From contig CAZFVA010000014.1 of assembly GCA_964522105.1 (NCBI GenBank), forward strand, positions 22,677 through 84,238: a stretch of 61,562 nucleotides of DNA. Reading direction: 5' to 3'. This DNA is from an uncultured Anaeromyxobacteraceae bacterium (GTDB lineage Bacteria; Myxococcota_A; UBA9042; DTJE01). The notes under the pieces are model-generated. The model saw only the letters and a list, made by a program, of their open reading frames with translations. It ran no database searches and was not told where the DNA came from. Positions 28,890-38,699 of the stretch are shown piece after piece. Position 1 is the first letter of the stretch; each line of letters begins with the position of its first letter. Both the position numbers and the translations under genes were made by a program.

Positions 28890-30380
28890 ATGGCGAAATT
28901 CATACTTGCCCTTGATGAAGGAACGACTGCTTCCACCGCCATGGTGGTTGCGCAGGACCTGACTTTTCTTGCAAAGGCTTCCAACGAAATTACCCAGATA
29001 TATCCAAAGCCGGGTTGGGTCGAGCATGACCCCGAAGACATCTGGAATGCTACCTGCCTGTCCGCGAAGCAGGCGATGGAAAAGGCCGGAGTCGACGCCG
29101 CTGATTGTGCCGCAGTTGCCATCACAAACCAGCGCGAAACGTCGGTAATCTGGGACCGTGAAACCGGCAAGCCCGTGTACAACGCCATCGTCTGGCAGTG
29201 CCGCCGTACGACAGCCTTTTGCGAGCGCGCAAAAGAAGAAGGTCTGGAAGAATACTTCCGCCACCGCACCGGCCTTGTCCTGGACCCGTACTTTTCGGGC
29301 ACCAAGGTCCGCTGGGTTCTTGATCACGTCCCCGGCGTGCGCGACGATGCCGAGGCCGGGAAACTGGCGTTCGGTACGATTGATACATGGTTGATTTACC
29401 GCCTGACTGCCGGCGTTTCACACGTGACCGACCCGTCGAACGCCTGCCGCACGCTGCTGTTCAATATTCAGCGTCTGCAGTTTGATGAAGCATTACTCGG
29501 ACTTCTGAAGATTCCGCGCAGCCTGGTGCCGGAAGTCCGCCCGTCAGCCGGGGATTTTGGTGTCACAAAAGGTCTGGATTTCCTGCCCGACGGTATTCCG
29601 ATAGCCGGTGTCTGCGGCGATCAGCAGTCGGCCCTTTTCGGCCAGACGTGCTTTGATGAAGGTCAGTCCAAGTGCACTTACGGGACCGGCGCGTTCCTGC
29701 TGATGAACACCGGCGAAAAACTGGTGCCTTCGACTCACGGCCTGCTGACGTCTGTCGGCTGGACCGTTAACGGTAAAACGAATTACGTCCTTGAAGGCTC
29801 GTCATTCATAGCCGGCGCCGCCGTCCAGTGGCTTCGCGATTCGCTTGGCTTTTTCAAGACGGCCCCGGAAGTCGAGGAACTGGCCGCCAGTGTTGAAGAT
29901 TCCGGTGGTGTCGTGTTTGTCCCGGCGCTTGCCGGCCTTGGTGCCCCGTACTGGGATCCGTCCGCCCGTGGCGCGTTGTTCGGCCTGACCCGTGGTGCGA
30001 CAAAGGCTCACATTTCCCGCGCCGTTTTAGAAGGTATTGCCCTGCAGATTGCCGAACTGCTTGACGCAATGGGCAAAGACCTCGGCAAGCCTTTGACCGA
30101 GCTGCGTGTTGACGGTGGTGCCAGTGCCAACAACTTGATGATGCAGTTCCAGGCCGACATCCTTGACGTGCCGGTCCTGCGCCCGAAGAACGTTGACACG
30201 ACCGCCCTCGGTGCCGCCATGCTTGCCGGTATCAGCATCGGCATGTGGGACATGGCCCGCCTGCGCGAAATGGCCGCAGTCGACAGCCGCTTCGGACCCA
30301 AATTTACCGCCGCCGAACGCGCCGACTACCTGAACCGCTACAAATCCGCCGTCAAATGCGTCTGTGGACATCAGTGCTAG
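28890..30380 (+). CDS. glpK: Glycerol kinase
   Basis: LDEGTTAS, ITNQRET, DPYFSGTK, GDQQSALFG, KCTYGTG, LRVDGGASAN. Confidence 0.95.
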   Translation: MAKFILALDEGTTASTAMVVAQDLTFLAKASNEITQIYPKPGWVEHDPEDIWNATCLSAKQAMEKAGVDAADCAAVAITNQRETSVIWDRETGKPVYNAIVWQCRRTTAFCERAKEEGLEEYFRHRTGLVLDPYFSGTKVRWVLDHVPGVRDDAEAGKLAFGTIDTWLIYRLTAGVSHVTDPSNACRTLLFNIQRLQFDEALLGLLKIPRSLVPEVRPSAGDFGVTKGLDFLPDGIPIAGVCGDQQSALFGQTCFDEGQSKCTYGTGAFLLMNTGEKLVPSTHGLLTSVGWTVNGKTNYVLEGSSFIAGAAVQWLRDSLGFFKTAPEVEELAASVEDSGGVVFVPALAGLGAPYWDPSARGALFGLTRGATKAHISRAVLEGIALQIAELLDAMGKDLGKPLTELRVDGGASANNLMMQFQADILDVPVLRPKNVDTTALGAAMLAGISIGMWDMARLREMAAVDSRFGPKFTAAERADYLNRYKSAVKCVCGHQC

Positions 30381-30518
30381 CGCTGTCGTAAACACACTGA
30401 AACCTTCAGAAAAATGCTATGCTCACCAAAGCTTGATGACAACCGCTGGTTTGGGACGCGTGATGAAGATGGAACAGATCACCCTGCGCCTGAATTACGT
30501 CGTCAGGGGGTTGCCTTA

Positions 30519-31016
30519 ATGACTTTCCGATGGTCGAAAGCCTGGCTCGCCCTGTCAATCCTGGTCGGCGCCGTCGGCGGCCTGGGGATGTTCACATTCA
30601 ACTACGCGAATGGCCCTGCTTACCTGGGGAACGACCCCGCGACGTGCGCGCAATGCCACATCATGAATGACCAGTTCGACTCGTGGCGTAAGGGACCGCA
30701 CCATTCGGTTGCAACATGCAATGACTGCCACCTGCCGCCGGCCTTCCCTGAAAAATACATAGCCAAGGGCTTGAACGGCTATCATCACTCGATGGGTTTT
30801 ACATTGCAGTCGTCAACTCCTGACGAACCGGGCGCCCGCACGGTTTTTAATGAACCGATCCAGATTAAGGACTCCAACAGCCAGATATTGCAGGACAACT
30901 GCCTGCGCTGTCATGGGGACATTGTCCACGACATCGTTCGGGGCAGCACATGGGCGGACGACGCGATTCGCTGCGCCGACTGCCACAACGCCGTCGGGCA
31001 CGGAGCACGGAGGTAA
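30519..31016 (+). CDS. nrfH: Cytochrome c nitrite reductase small subunit (tetraheme, membrane anchor)
   Basis: N-terminal TM helix; CAQCH, CNDCH, CLRCH, CADCH; start moved to ATG at 30519. Confidence 0.93.
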   Translation: MTFRWSKAWLALSILVGAVGGLGMFTFNYANGPAYLGNDPATCAQCHIMNDQFDSWRKGPHHSVATCNDCHLPPAFPEKYIAKGLNGYHHSMGFTLQSSTPDEPGARTVFNEPIQIKDSNSQILQDNCLRCHGDIVHDIVRGSTWADDAIRCADCHNAVGHGARR

Positions 31017-31026
31017 CGGGAATATC

Positions 31027-32583
31027 ATGGACAGGAAACTCAGACTCCAGATTGGCGCGTACGCCGGCGTCGCAATCGTAACCGCAATCGTCATGGCAAT
31101 TATCGCCGCGCTTCTGGTCAATATCTTTGACCGCAAGCAGGAGGCGAAGAACCCCTTTCTGAAGCTGGTCGAGGTTACCGAAAACGATGTCGATCCCGCT
31201 AAGTGGGGAACGAACTGGCCCAGGGAGTACGACGGCTACAAGCGGACCAGTGAACCTACTGCCACTAAATATGGCGGTGGCACCGTCGGACCGGAAGGCA
31301 GCCTTCCGCCCCAGAAAGCCGACCGCGATCCGTGGTTGAAGCGCGTTTTTGCCGGCTACCTGTTCGCCGTCGATTACCGCGACCGTCGTGGACACGCGTT
31401 CATGCTTGAAGATCAAGAGGTTACGAAACGAAACGTGCCCGCTGAAGGCAAGCAGTCCGGTAACTGTCTGCACTGCCATGCGTCGATTATGCCGTTGTAC
31501 AGGGAGCTGGGCAAAACGGCCATGCCCGATGGTTCACCTGCAGAACAAGTTCAGAAAGGTCTGGAAGCGGTTGGTACGATGAGTTACTGGGACGCCCACA
31601 AGGCGCTGGAAAAGACGACCGGCAAGGCGCATCCGGTTTCCTGCGTGGACTGTCATGACCCGGACAATATGGAATTGCGCGTGACACGCCCCGGGTTTAT
31701 CGCGGGAATCCAGAAGCTGGCGGCATCCGACGCGGCAGTCCCGCACCTGTCCAGTATCGATCAGTGGCGCCGGGGCGACCGCGCCGCCCCGTATGACCCG
31801 AACGTTGACGGCACCCGCCAGGAGATGCGGTCGTTCGTCTGTGGCCAGTGCCATGTCGAATACTTCTGCGGAAAGGGAACCACTCTCTTTTTCCCGTGGG
31901 ATAAGGGATTGAAGGTCGAAGATATCGAGGCCACCTACAACGGAATAGAGGTAAAGGGACAGCAGTTCAAGGACTGGGTGCACGCCGAGACGGGTATGAA
32001 TGTTCTGAAGGCCCAGCACCCTGAATTCGAGCTGTGGAGCCAGGGCATCCACGCCCGCAGTGGTGTCGCCTGTGCGGATTGTCATATGCCTTATAAGCGC
32101 GAGGGTGCGCTGAAGGTTTCTGAGCATTGGGTACGCAGCCCGCTGCTGGGGATCAACCGTTCCTGCATAACCTGTCACCCGTACGGTGAGCAGGAGATGA
32201 AGGACCGTGTCGAAAGTATCCAGGACCGCCACTTCGCGATGATGACACGTGCGGGCGAGGCGGCCGTGGCGATGATTGACTCGATTGCGGCGCTGCGCAA
32301 AACGTACGATGACGTGGCCTGGAAAGCGGCAGTCCAGGTGGACCCGGCCATCCGTAAGATCGCGGAACTGCAGCGCGCCGCCCAGTGGCGGCTTGACTTC
32401 GTGGCGGCAGAAAACTCGATGGGCTTCCACGCCCCGCAGGAAATGGCACGCATCCTGGGCGAATCAATCGACATGTCCCGCCAGGCACAGTTGATGGCGG
32501 TCACCTTGCTTGAAGCCGGTAAGCGGGCGCCGGAAACAGCCCCGGTTTCACCCGAAGTAGTCGTCGTCCCGACCAATCCGTAA
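31027..32583 (+). CDS. nrfA: Pentaheme cytochrome c nitrite reductase, CXXCH variant at heme 1
   Basis: RGHAFM, CLHCH, CVDCH, CGQCHVEY, KAQHPEFE, CADCH, CITCH, ENSMGFHAPQE; start moved to ATG at 31027. Confidence 0.93.
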   Translation: MDRKLRLQIGAYAGVAIVTAIVMAIIAALLVNIFDRKQEAKNPFLKLVEVTENDVDPAKWGTNWPREYDGYKRTSEPTATKYGGGTVGPEGSLPPQKADRDPWLKRVFAGYLFAVDYRDRRGHAFMLEDQEVTKRNVPAEGKQSGNCLHCHASIMPLYRELGKTAMPDGSPAEQVQKGLEAVGTMSYWDAHKALEKTTGKAHPVSCVDCHDPDNMELRVTRPGFIAGIQKLAASDAAVPHLSSIDQWRRGDRAAPYDPNVDGTRQEMRSFVCGQCHVEYFCGKGTTLFFPWDKGLKVEDIEATYNGIEVKGQQFKDWVHAETGMNVLKAQHPEFELWSQGIHARSGVACADCHMPYKREGALKVSEHWVRSPLLGINRSCITCHPYGEQEMKDRVESIQDRHFAMMTRAGEAAVAMIDSIAALRKTYDDVAWKAAVQVDPAIRKIAELQRAAQWRLDFVAAENSMGFHAPQEMARILGESIDMSRQAQLMAVTLLEAGKRAPETAPVSPEVVVVPTNP

Positions 32584-32616
32584 ACCAATTGAAACGAGGA
32601 TTGCGTGTTGAAATGC

Positions 32617-32645
32617 TTGACAAACTTTTGCGCGATACCTAAACT
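32617..32645 (+). promoter_or_regulatory. sigma70 promoter of rho
   Basis: TTGACA-17 nt-TAAACT; implies a pyrimidine-rich 5' UTR of about 240 nt. Confidence 0.7.
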
Positions 32646-32818
32646 ACCTTTCGAACCGTTTCATTGGGCCGGGCTTTCACCCGTTCCTGTTTATTCTTCA
32701 AGTTTCGGTTTTCTCGACTCAAGCCACGTGAGATTCTGTAATTCCACGTTGACCTGAGCCGGTAGTTTCATCCTTTTTTTTGTCGTTTCGGGGTCTGGCG
32801 GTCGCCGGGTCTCAAGAA

Positions 32819-32870
32819 GCGATGCCGTTGTTGGCGCACGGTATCGCCCTCATTTTATATCTGCGCCAAT
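32819..32870 (+). other. Predicted H-type RNA pseudoknot in the rho 5' leader
   Basis: S1: GCGATGCCGT (32819-32828) pairs with ACGGTATCGC (32838-32847). S2: loop TTGGCGC (32831-32837) pairs with GCGCCAA (32863-32869). SD GGAGG at 32882-32886. Confidence 0.5.
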
Positions 32871-32894
32871 CAAAAAAGTGCGGAGGAATGTTAA

Positions 32895-34142
32895 GTGAAC
32901 CTCAATGAACTCAAGATGATGAAGATCGCGGATCTGCTTCTTCTGGCCAAGGATCTGAATGTCGAAAACGCTCGTGGCCTGCGCAAGCAGGAACTGATTT
33001 TTGCGATTCTTCAGGCCCAGACCGAACAGAACGGCTTCATCTACGGGGAAGGCGTGCTTCAGGTACTCCCGGAAGGCTTCGGCTTCCTTCGGGCCCCTGA
33101 CACCAGCTATCTCCCCGGCTCAGACGACATCTACGTCTCCCCGTCGCAGATTCGTCGCTTCAATCTTCGGACCGGTGACACAGTTTCAGGTCAGATTCGC
33201 CCCCCCAAGGACGGCGAACGTTACTTTGCCCTGCTCAAGGTCGAGACGATCAACTATGAAGATCCCGATGTTGCAAAGACAAAGACGCTGTTTGATAACC
33301 TGACCCCGCTGTACCCGGATCAGAAGTTCAAGCTGGAATTCGATCCCAAAAATTTCACGACCCGCGTCATCGACCTGCTTTGCCCGCTCGGCAAGGGTCA
33401 GCGTACGCTGGTTGTTGCGGCGCCCAGAACCGGTAAGACAGTTGTCCTGCAGGACCTGGCCCACGCCATTGCTTCCAATCATAAGGAAGTTTATCTGATC
33501 GTTCTGCTGATCGATGAACGCCCGGAAGAAGTTACGGACATGGAACGCTCGGTCAAGGGTGAAGTTATTTCTTCAACCTTCGATGAACCGGCTGCCCGTC
33601 ACGTCCAGGTCGCGGAAATGGTCATCGAGAAGGCCAAGCGCCTTGTCGAACACAAGCGCGACGTCGTCATCCTGATCGACTCGATCACCAGACTGGCCCG
33701 TGCGTACAACACGATTGTCCCGCCGTCCGGCAAGATCCTTTCCGGTGGTGTTGACTCGAACGCGCTGCACAAGCCGAAGCGTTTCTTCGGTGCTGCCCGT
33801 AACATCGAAGACGGCGGTTCGCTGACCATCATCGGTACGGCGCTGATCGATACCGGCTCCAGAATGGACGAAGTTATCTTCGAAGAATTCAAGGGCACAG
33901 GTAACTGCGAACTGCACCTGGACCGCAAGCTGATGGAAAAGCGTATCTTCCCGACACTGGACATCAACAAGTCCGGTACGCGTAAGGAAGAGCTGCTGCT
34001 GGACGCGATGACCCTGAATCGCGTGTGGATTCTGCGTCAGCTTCTGCACCCGCTCAACGTTCTGGATGCCATGGAATTCCTGTTGGACAAGCTGTCCCGC
34101 TACGATACAAACGAGCAGTTCCTCAATTCCATGAATCGTTAG
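32895..34142 (+). CDS. rho: Transcription termination factor Rho
   Basis: [34 protein letters not shown]-loop, [20 protein letters not shown]; GTG start 8 nt after GGAGG. Confidence 0.98.
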   Translation: MNLNELKMMKIADLLLLAKDLNVENARGLRKQELIFAILQAQTEQNGFIYGEGVLQVLPEGFGFLRAPDTSYLPGSDDIYVSPSQIRRFNLRTGDTVSGQIRPPKDGERYFALLKVETINYEDPDVAKTKTLFDNLTPLYPDQKFKLEFDPKNFTTRVIDLLCPLGKGQRTLVVAAPRTGKTVVLQDLAHAIASNHKEVYLIVLLIDERPEEVTDMERSVKGEVISSTFDEPAARHVQVAEMVIEKAKRLVEHKRDVVILIDSITRLARAYNTIVPPSGKILSGGVDSNALHKPKRFFGAARNIEDGGSLTIIGTALIDTGSRMDEVIFEEFKGTGNCELHLDRKLMEKRIFPTLDINKSGTRKEELLLDAMTLNRVWILRQLLHPLNVLDAMEFLLDKLSRYDTNEQFLNSMNR

Positions 34143-34257
34143 TATCCGCCCGTCCAGCTTCACCGAACTGCCTTCACGACGTTGCCCAATCAACTGATCC
34201 GTGATACCAGATAGCAGAACTGTGGGCTGTTTTTGTGATTATTGAGGGTTGATTGAA

Positions 34258-35439
34258 ATGGAAATTAAGGCGTCGCTGCGGATTCAGTCGCTTACGGGTT
34301 ACCCGTTTGCTGAAATAGATCGGATGGTTACGGAACTGAAGGCCGGGGGATTCGACCCGATTGATTTTGGCGTCGGCGACCCGACTGAACCGACCCCGGA
34401 ACTGATCAGGGATGCCGTAAAGCTGGCAGTTGATGCCCGTGCGTCGGCTGGATATCCGAGCTATATCGGGGACAAATCGTTCAGGCTGGCCGTCAGTGGC
34501 TGGATGAAGAAGCGCTTTGGTGTCGATCTGAATCCGGATACTGAAATCTGCGCCACGATCGGTTCCAAGGAAGCAGTTTTCAACTTCCCGAATGCCGTAA
34601 TTAACCCGGGCGACATCGTAATCTGCCCGAGCCCGGGATATCCGCCGTACAACCGCGGGACTTTGTTCGCCTGCGGGGTGCCGTGGTATTACCCGTTGAC
34701 GATGGAAAATGGCTTTCTGCCCGATCTGGAAGCCATCCCTGCAGACGTGCTTGCGAAGGCGAAGGTGATCTGGGTGAACTACCCGAATTCGCCAAGCGGG
34801 TGCATTCCGCCCGATGATTTCTGGCCGCGCCTGATCGCGTTTGCGTCGCGCCACAACTTGATAATAGGGTCGGACGAGGCTTACACTGAGGTCTGGTTTG
34901 AAAGAAAGCCGAGATCGATTCTGGAGTTCGGTCGGGAAGGAATCATCGTCTTTCAGTCGTTTTCCAAGCGCTCAAACATGACGTGTCACCGCGTCGGCTG
35001 GGTGTGTGGCGACGAACGTCTTGTCGCGCTTTTCAAGAAGTTGAAGACAAATATTGATTCCGGCACGGCAACTTATATTCAGGACGGTGCCGCCGCTGCC
35101 ATGTCTGATGAAAGCCATGTCGATGCGATGCGCGAAGTCTATCGGGCAAAACGTGACATCCTGATTCCGGCGCTTGAAGCCGTCGGGTGCATCGTCCCAC
35201 CTGCCGATGCGACGCTTTATCTGTGGCCGCGCGTCCCTGTCGGCATGGACGCTGTTGAATTCGCAAAAACGCTGCTGGCCCCGGAAGTTGCAGTTGTCTG
35301 TACGCCCGGTCCTGCCCTTGGCGAGCCGCTTGCAGACGGTACCAGCCCTGGTAAATATCATGTCCGCTTCGCCCTGGTGCCTTCTGTTGAAGACTGTCGC
35401 CGCGCCGCCGCCAGAATCGCCGCCGCTTTCGCGAAGTAA
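34258..35439 (+). CDS. Class I/II PLP-dependent aminotransferase (LL-diaminopimelate aminotransferase-like)
   Basis: GYPSYIG, IGSKEA, NYPNSPSG, DEAY, SFSKRSNMTCHRVG with PLP lysine. Confidence 0.85.
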   Translation: MEIKASLRIQSLTGYPFAEIDRMVTELKAGGFDPIDFGVGDPTEPTPELIRDAVKLAVDARASAGYPSYIGDKSFRLAVSGWMKKRFGVDLNPDTEICATIGSKEAVFNFPNAVINPGDIVICPSPGYPPYNRGTLFACGVPWYYPLTMENGFLPDLEAIPADVLAKAKVIWVNYPNSPSGCIPPDDFWPRLIAFASRHNLIIGSDEAYTEVWFERKPRSILEFGREGIIVFQSFSKRSNMTCHRVGWVCGDERLVALFKKLKTNIDSGTATYIQDGAAAAMSDESHVDAMREVYRAKRDILIPALEAVGCIVPPADATLYLWPRVPVGMDAVEFAKTLLAPEVAVVCTPGPALGEPLADGTSPGKYHVRFALVPSVEDCRRAAARIAAAFAK

Positions 35440-35486
35440 CCTGATTTTGCCTCTGAATGCGAAGTAACCTGATTTCGGGCCTGAAT
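35431..35486. repeat. 28-bp tandem duplication including the aminotransferase stop codon
   Basis: gcgaagtaacctgattttgcctctgaat / gcgaagtaacctgatttcgggcctgaat; first 17 nt identical, 24/28 overall. Confidence 0.85.
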
Positions 35487-35500
35487 TACTGGACTGAATA

Positions 35501-35944
35501 ATGCGAATCTGGACTGTTCATCCGCGCTATCTTGACGCGCAGGGGTTGGTCGCGCTCTGGCGCGAAGCTCTGCTTGCAAAGGCGGTTCTGTCGGGGTTGA
35601 CGCGTGGTTACACAAAGCACCCGCAGTTGTCGCGGTTTCGCGCTCAGCCCGACCCTGTTGCCAGTATCAATTCATACCTGAAGTGTGTGGGAGATGAAGC
35701 ACTGGCGCGCGGTTACCGGTTTGATCTTTCAAAAGTCGGTGACCCAGGTCCGCCGCGCCTTATCATCGAAACACGCGGTCAACTCGAGTATGAATTCAGT
35801 CATCTCAAGGCCAAGCTGGCCGTTCGTTCGCCGGATAAACTGGCGCAAATTCAGCTAGTTATGCAGCCCGAGCCTAATCCGGTCTTTGAAATTATCGAAG
35901 GTGATATTCAGTCCTGGGAAGTTGGGGCAGCAAGGTCATTTTGA
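35501..35944 (+). CDS. Pyrimidine-dimer DNA glycosylase / T4 endonuclease V-like protein
   Basis: MRIWTVHPRYLD..GLVALWRE.LLA..VL.G...GY..HPQL..FR family signature. Confidence 0.85.
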   Translation: MRIWTVHPRYLDAQGLVALWREALLAKAVLSGLTRGYTKHPQLSRFRAQPDPVASINSYLKCVGDEALARGYRFDLSKVGDPGPPRLIIETRGQLEYEFSHLKAKLAVRSPDKLAQIQLVMQPEPNPVFEIIEGDIQSWEVGAARSF

Positions 35945-36547
35945 AGCAAGAACGGTATCAACCGCCGCAGTTGCACGGTTCAGTTCAGTCAGTGCGCTTT
36001 TCATGAAATAGTTGTACGCGATGACTGCCGGAATGGCGACGAAAAGTCCGACCGCTGTGGCGATCAGTGCTTCCGAGATACCGGACATGACGACGTTTGC
36101 GCCGCCCTGCATGTTGCCCGAAAGGTCGTGAAACGCCTTGATAATGCCCAGAACTGTGCCGAACAGGCCGATGAAAGGTGCATTGTTTCCAAGGGTTCCC
36201 AGAAAGGCCAGCCGTTTTTCCAGCCTCTGTTGTTCCATCAGCATTGCAGAATGAACCAGTTTGTCGGCGGCGCCCATGTCTTTATCAAGACCGTCCAGGG
36301 CAGCTCGCAGAACTTCGGCTTCCGGTCCCGGCCAGGAATCGACGACCTGTCTGGCTTCGTCCCATTTGCCGCCATGCACAAGTGGATCAAGTCGTTTAGA
36401 CAGTGTTTCCCATGCCTTACGGTTTCCCATATAAAAAATGGCCCGTTCGATCATGACAGAAACGGACAACACCGAAAGCGCCAGAAGGATGTATAAAATC
36501 CATTCGCTTCCGACCAGTGTCACCTCAAGTATTTTTTCGGTCAGCAT
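35936..36547 (-). CDS. MotA/TolQ/ExbB proton channel protein with no adjacent partner gene
   Basis: LGTLGNNAPFIGLFGTVLGII, GISEALIATAVGLFVAIPA. Confidence 0.92.
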   Translation of the reverse strand: MLTEKILEVTLVGSEWILYILLALSVLSVSVMIERAIFYMGNRKAWETLSKRLDPLVHGGKWDEARQVVDSWPGPEAEVLRAALDGLDKDMGAADKLVHSAMLMEQQRLEKRLAFLGTLGNNAPFIGLFGTVLGIIKAFHDLSGNMQGGANVVMSGISEALIATAVGLFVAIPAVIAYNYFMKSALTELNRATAAVDTVLASK

Positions 36548-36721
36548 CTGATTACCCCGGTTTTTCTGAACTGGACGTTAATGGACGTCAATGGACATCA
36601 AGATCTGGCAGATTATGCCCTTATCACGCGCCTATGTCGAACGATCCTGTGTAAAGGCCGGGTTGCGCACCGGGGGATCATGACTTATGTTAGTAGCGGC
36701 ATAATCAAGGAGCGCCGAAAA

Positions 36722-37810
36722 ATGGGTGACTACTGGAGCGGAAACAGCAATTCTGAACCGAATCCGTTTGATGACATCATCAAATTGTTTGAAAAGATGA
36801 AGGCAGGCTTCGGCGGTAAGGGTTCAGGGAAACCGGGGGCTTCCGGTTCTGGAAAGGGCGGTGGCGCAGGCGGAAAGATTCTTCTGACACTTGTGCTGGG
36901 CATCATATCCATCTGGCTGCTGACCGGGATATACCTTGTTGATCCAGGTGAAGTTGGCGTTGTCAGGCTTTTTGGCAGCGAGGTATCTCAGACCGGCCCG
37001 GGGCCGCATTATCGCTGGCCATCCCCGATCGAGCGTGTAGACATCGTGAATATGGAACAGGTCCGTCGGGCTGAGGTCGGGTTCCGGACTCAGGGTAATT
37101 CGTCTATCCATGAAAGGCGCCTTGAAGAGTCGCTGATGCTGACCGGTGACGAAAATATTGCAGATATTCAAGTCGTTATTCAGTACCGCATCCGTGATGC
37201 GTCCCAGTTCTTGTTTCAGGTTCGTGAACCTGAAGTTGCGCTGGTCGACGCTACTGCAGTCGCGCTTCGCGGCGTTATCGGTCGTACCTCGATTGACGAC
37301 GCCATGACGACCGGACGTATCGAGGTTGAAACGAAGGTTCATGAATTCCTTCAGAGACTTCTGGACAGCTACAAGTCCGGAATCCAGGTCTATGAAGTCA
37401 AACTGCTGGTAGTTGACCCGCCGGATCAGGTAAAGGACGCCTTCCATGAAGTTGTCCGCGCACTTGAAGACAAGTCGCGTCTTGTTCAGGAAGCAGAAGG
37501 ATATAAAGAGGATCTGGTACCGAAGGCCAGGGGACAGGCCGAGAAACTGATCAAGGATTCCGAAGCTTATATGGAAGCCCGTATCCGCGAGTCAGAAGGT
37601 GAGGCGGCCCGTTTTGACAAGGTGCTGGCCGAGTACTCGCTGGCCAGGGATGTTACCAGGCAAAGAATGTTCCTTGAGTTCGTCACGCAGAATATGGCCG
37701 GCGTTGAAAAGTACATTATCAATGGCAAGTCCACTGGTGATGTTGCCAAAATGCTCCCGTTGCGGAGTTTCACCGGGTCCACGGCTGTGGAATCTGCAAA
37801 AGCCAAATAG
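36722..37810 (+). CDS. hflK: FtsH protease modulator HflK
   Basis: TM helix plus SPFH domain; MLTGDENIAD, VKDAFHEV, ARGQAEKL; start moved to ATG at 36722. Confidence 0.93.
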   Translation: MGDYWSGNSNSEPNPFDDIIKLFEKMKAGFGGKGSGKPGASGSGKGGGAGGKILLTLVLGIISIWLLTGIYLVDPGEVGVVRLFGSEVSQTGPGPHYRWPSPIERVDIVNMEQVRRAEVGFRTQGNSSIHERRLEESLMLTGDENIADIQVVIQYRIRDASQFLFQVREPEVALVDATAVALRGVIGRTSIDDAMTTGRIEVETKVHEFLQRLLDSYKSGIQVYEVKLLVVDPPDQVKDAFHEVVRALEDKSRLVQEAEGYKEDLVPKARGQAEKLIKDSEAYMEARIRESEGEAARFDKVLAEYSLARDVTRQRMFLEFVTQNMAGVEKYIINGKSTGDVAKMLPLRSFTGSTAVESAKAK

Positions 37811-37825
37811 GCGGAGGGGCGAATC

Positions 37826-38695
37826 ATGAAGAAAAATACATGGTCCTATTATGTGGTTATCGGGCTGGTCCTGGCCATAGTGGCCTCCCAGTCGGTTTTC
37901 GTTGTTGATATGACCGAGCAGGTAATCATTACTCAGCTTGGCGAGTTTGTAAGGACCAATTCGCAGCCCGGGCTCGATTTCAAGATTCCATTTATTCAGA
38001 CTGTCCACCGTTTTGAAAAGAGGATCGTCACTTCCGACGCCGAGGCTGCCGAGTACCTGACGCTTGATAAGAAGCGCCTGGTCGTAGACAGCTACACCCG
38101 ATGGAAGATTGTTGATCCGCTGCGGTTCTTTGTGACGATGCGCAATGAATCCGGGGCGTTAAGCCGTCTTCAGAGCATGGTGTTTTCCGAGCTTAGAACG
38201 CACATTGCCGCCCATCCGTTTATTGAAATCATCGGTGACAAGCGCGAGCCAATCATGGAAGACGTGGCCCTGAAAGCCGGCAAAATCGTTGAAAGTTTCG
38301 GGATTCAGATCATTGACGTAAGAATCAAGACTGCCGACCTGCCGCAGGAAGTTCAGGCAAGCGTTTTCGCCCGCATGAATGCTGAACGTCAAAGAATTGC
38401 CAAGAAGTACAGGGCCGAAGGCGAAGAGCAGGCCAGGATTATCCGCGCCGAGGCTGACAAGGAATCGACCATCATTCTGGCCGAGGCCGGCAAGAAGTCG
38501 AAGGAACTGCGCGGCGAGGGCGATGCCGAGGCGATCAAAATCTTTGCATCGGCTTTCCAGAAGGACCCCGAATTCTACGCGTTCACGAAGTCGCTGGAGA
38601 CGTATTCGAAGGTGCTGGACGACAAGACCGTGCTTGTGCTGGACAGTAATTCTGACCTGTTCAGATATCTGGATTCCCCCGCGCTCAAGAGGTGA
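37826..38695 (+). CDS. hflC: FtsH protease modulator HflC
   Basis: PGLDFKIPFIQ, LTLDKK, RMNAERQRIA..YRAEG, DPEFYAFTKSLETY. Confidence 0.95.
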   Translation: MKKNTWSYYVVIGLVLAIVASQSVFVVDMTEQVIITQLGEFVRTNSQPGLDFKIPFIQTVHRFEKRIVTSDAEAAEYLTLDKKRLVVDSYTRWKIVDPLRFFVTMRNESGALSRLQSMVFSELRTHIAAHPFIEIIGDKREPIMEDVALKAGKIVESFGIQIIDVRIKTADLPQEVQASVFARMNAERQRIAKKYRAEGEEQARIIRAEADKESTIILAEAGKKSKELRGEGDAEAIKIFASAFQKDPEFYAFTKSLETYSKVLDDKTVLVLDSNSDLFRYLDSPALKR

Positions 38696-38699
38696 CCCG

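Noticed and set aside
32888-32908. uORF MLSEPQ overlapping the rho start
   Set aside because: The ATG is only 1 nt from GGAGG, whereas the rho GTG is at the optimal 8 nt.
26424-34854. Long antisense ORFs (26424-27302, 31534-32430, 33573-34193, 34174-34854; likewise 5928-6407 and 57918-58808)
   Set aside because: They shadow well-supported genes, as expected in GC-rich DNA, and show no motifs.
30414-38699. N-terminal extensions or fusions implied by the ORF track (nrfH from 30414, nrfA from 30850, hflK from 36581, J-protein from 38379)
   Set aside because: The extensions overlap upstream genes or lack homology-like sequence; downstream starts with better context explain the proteins.
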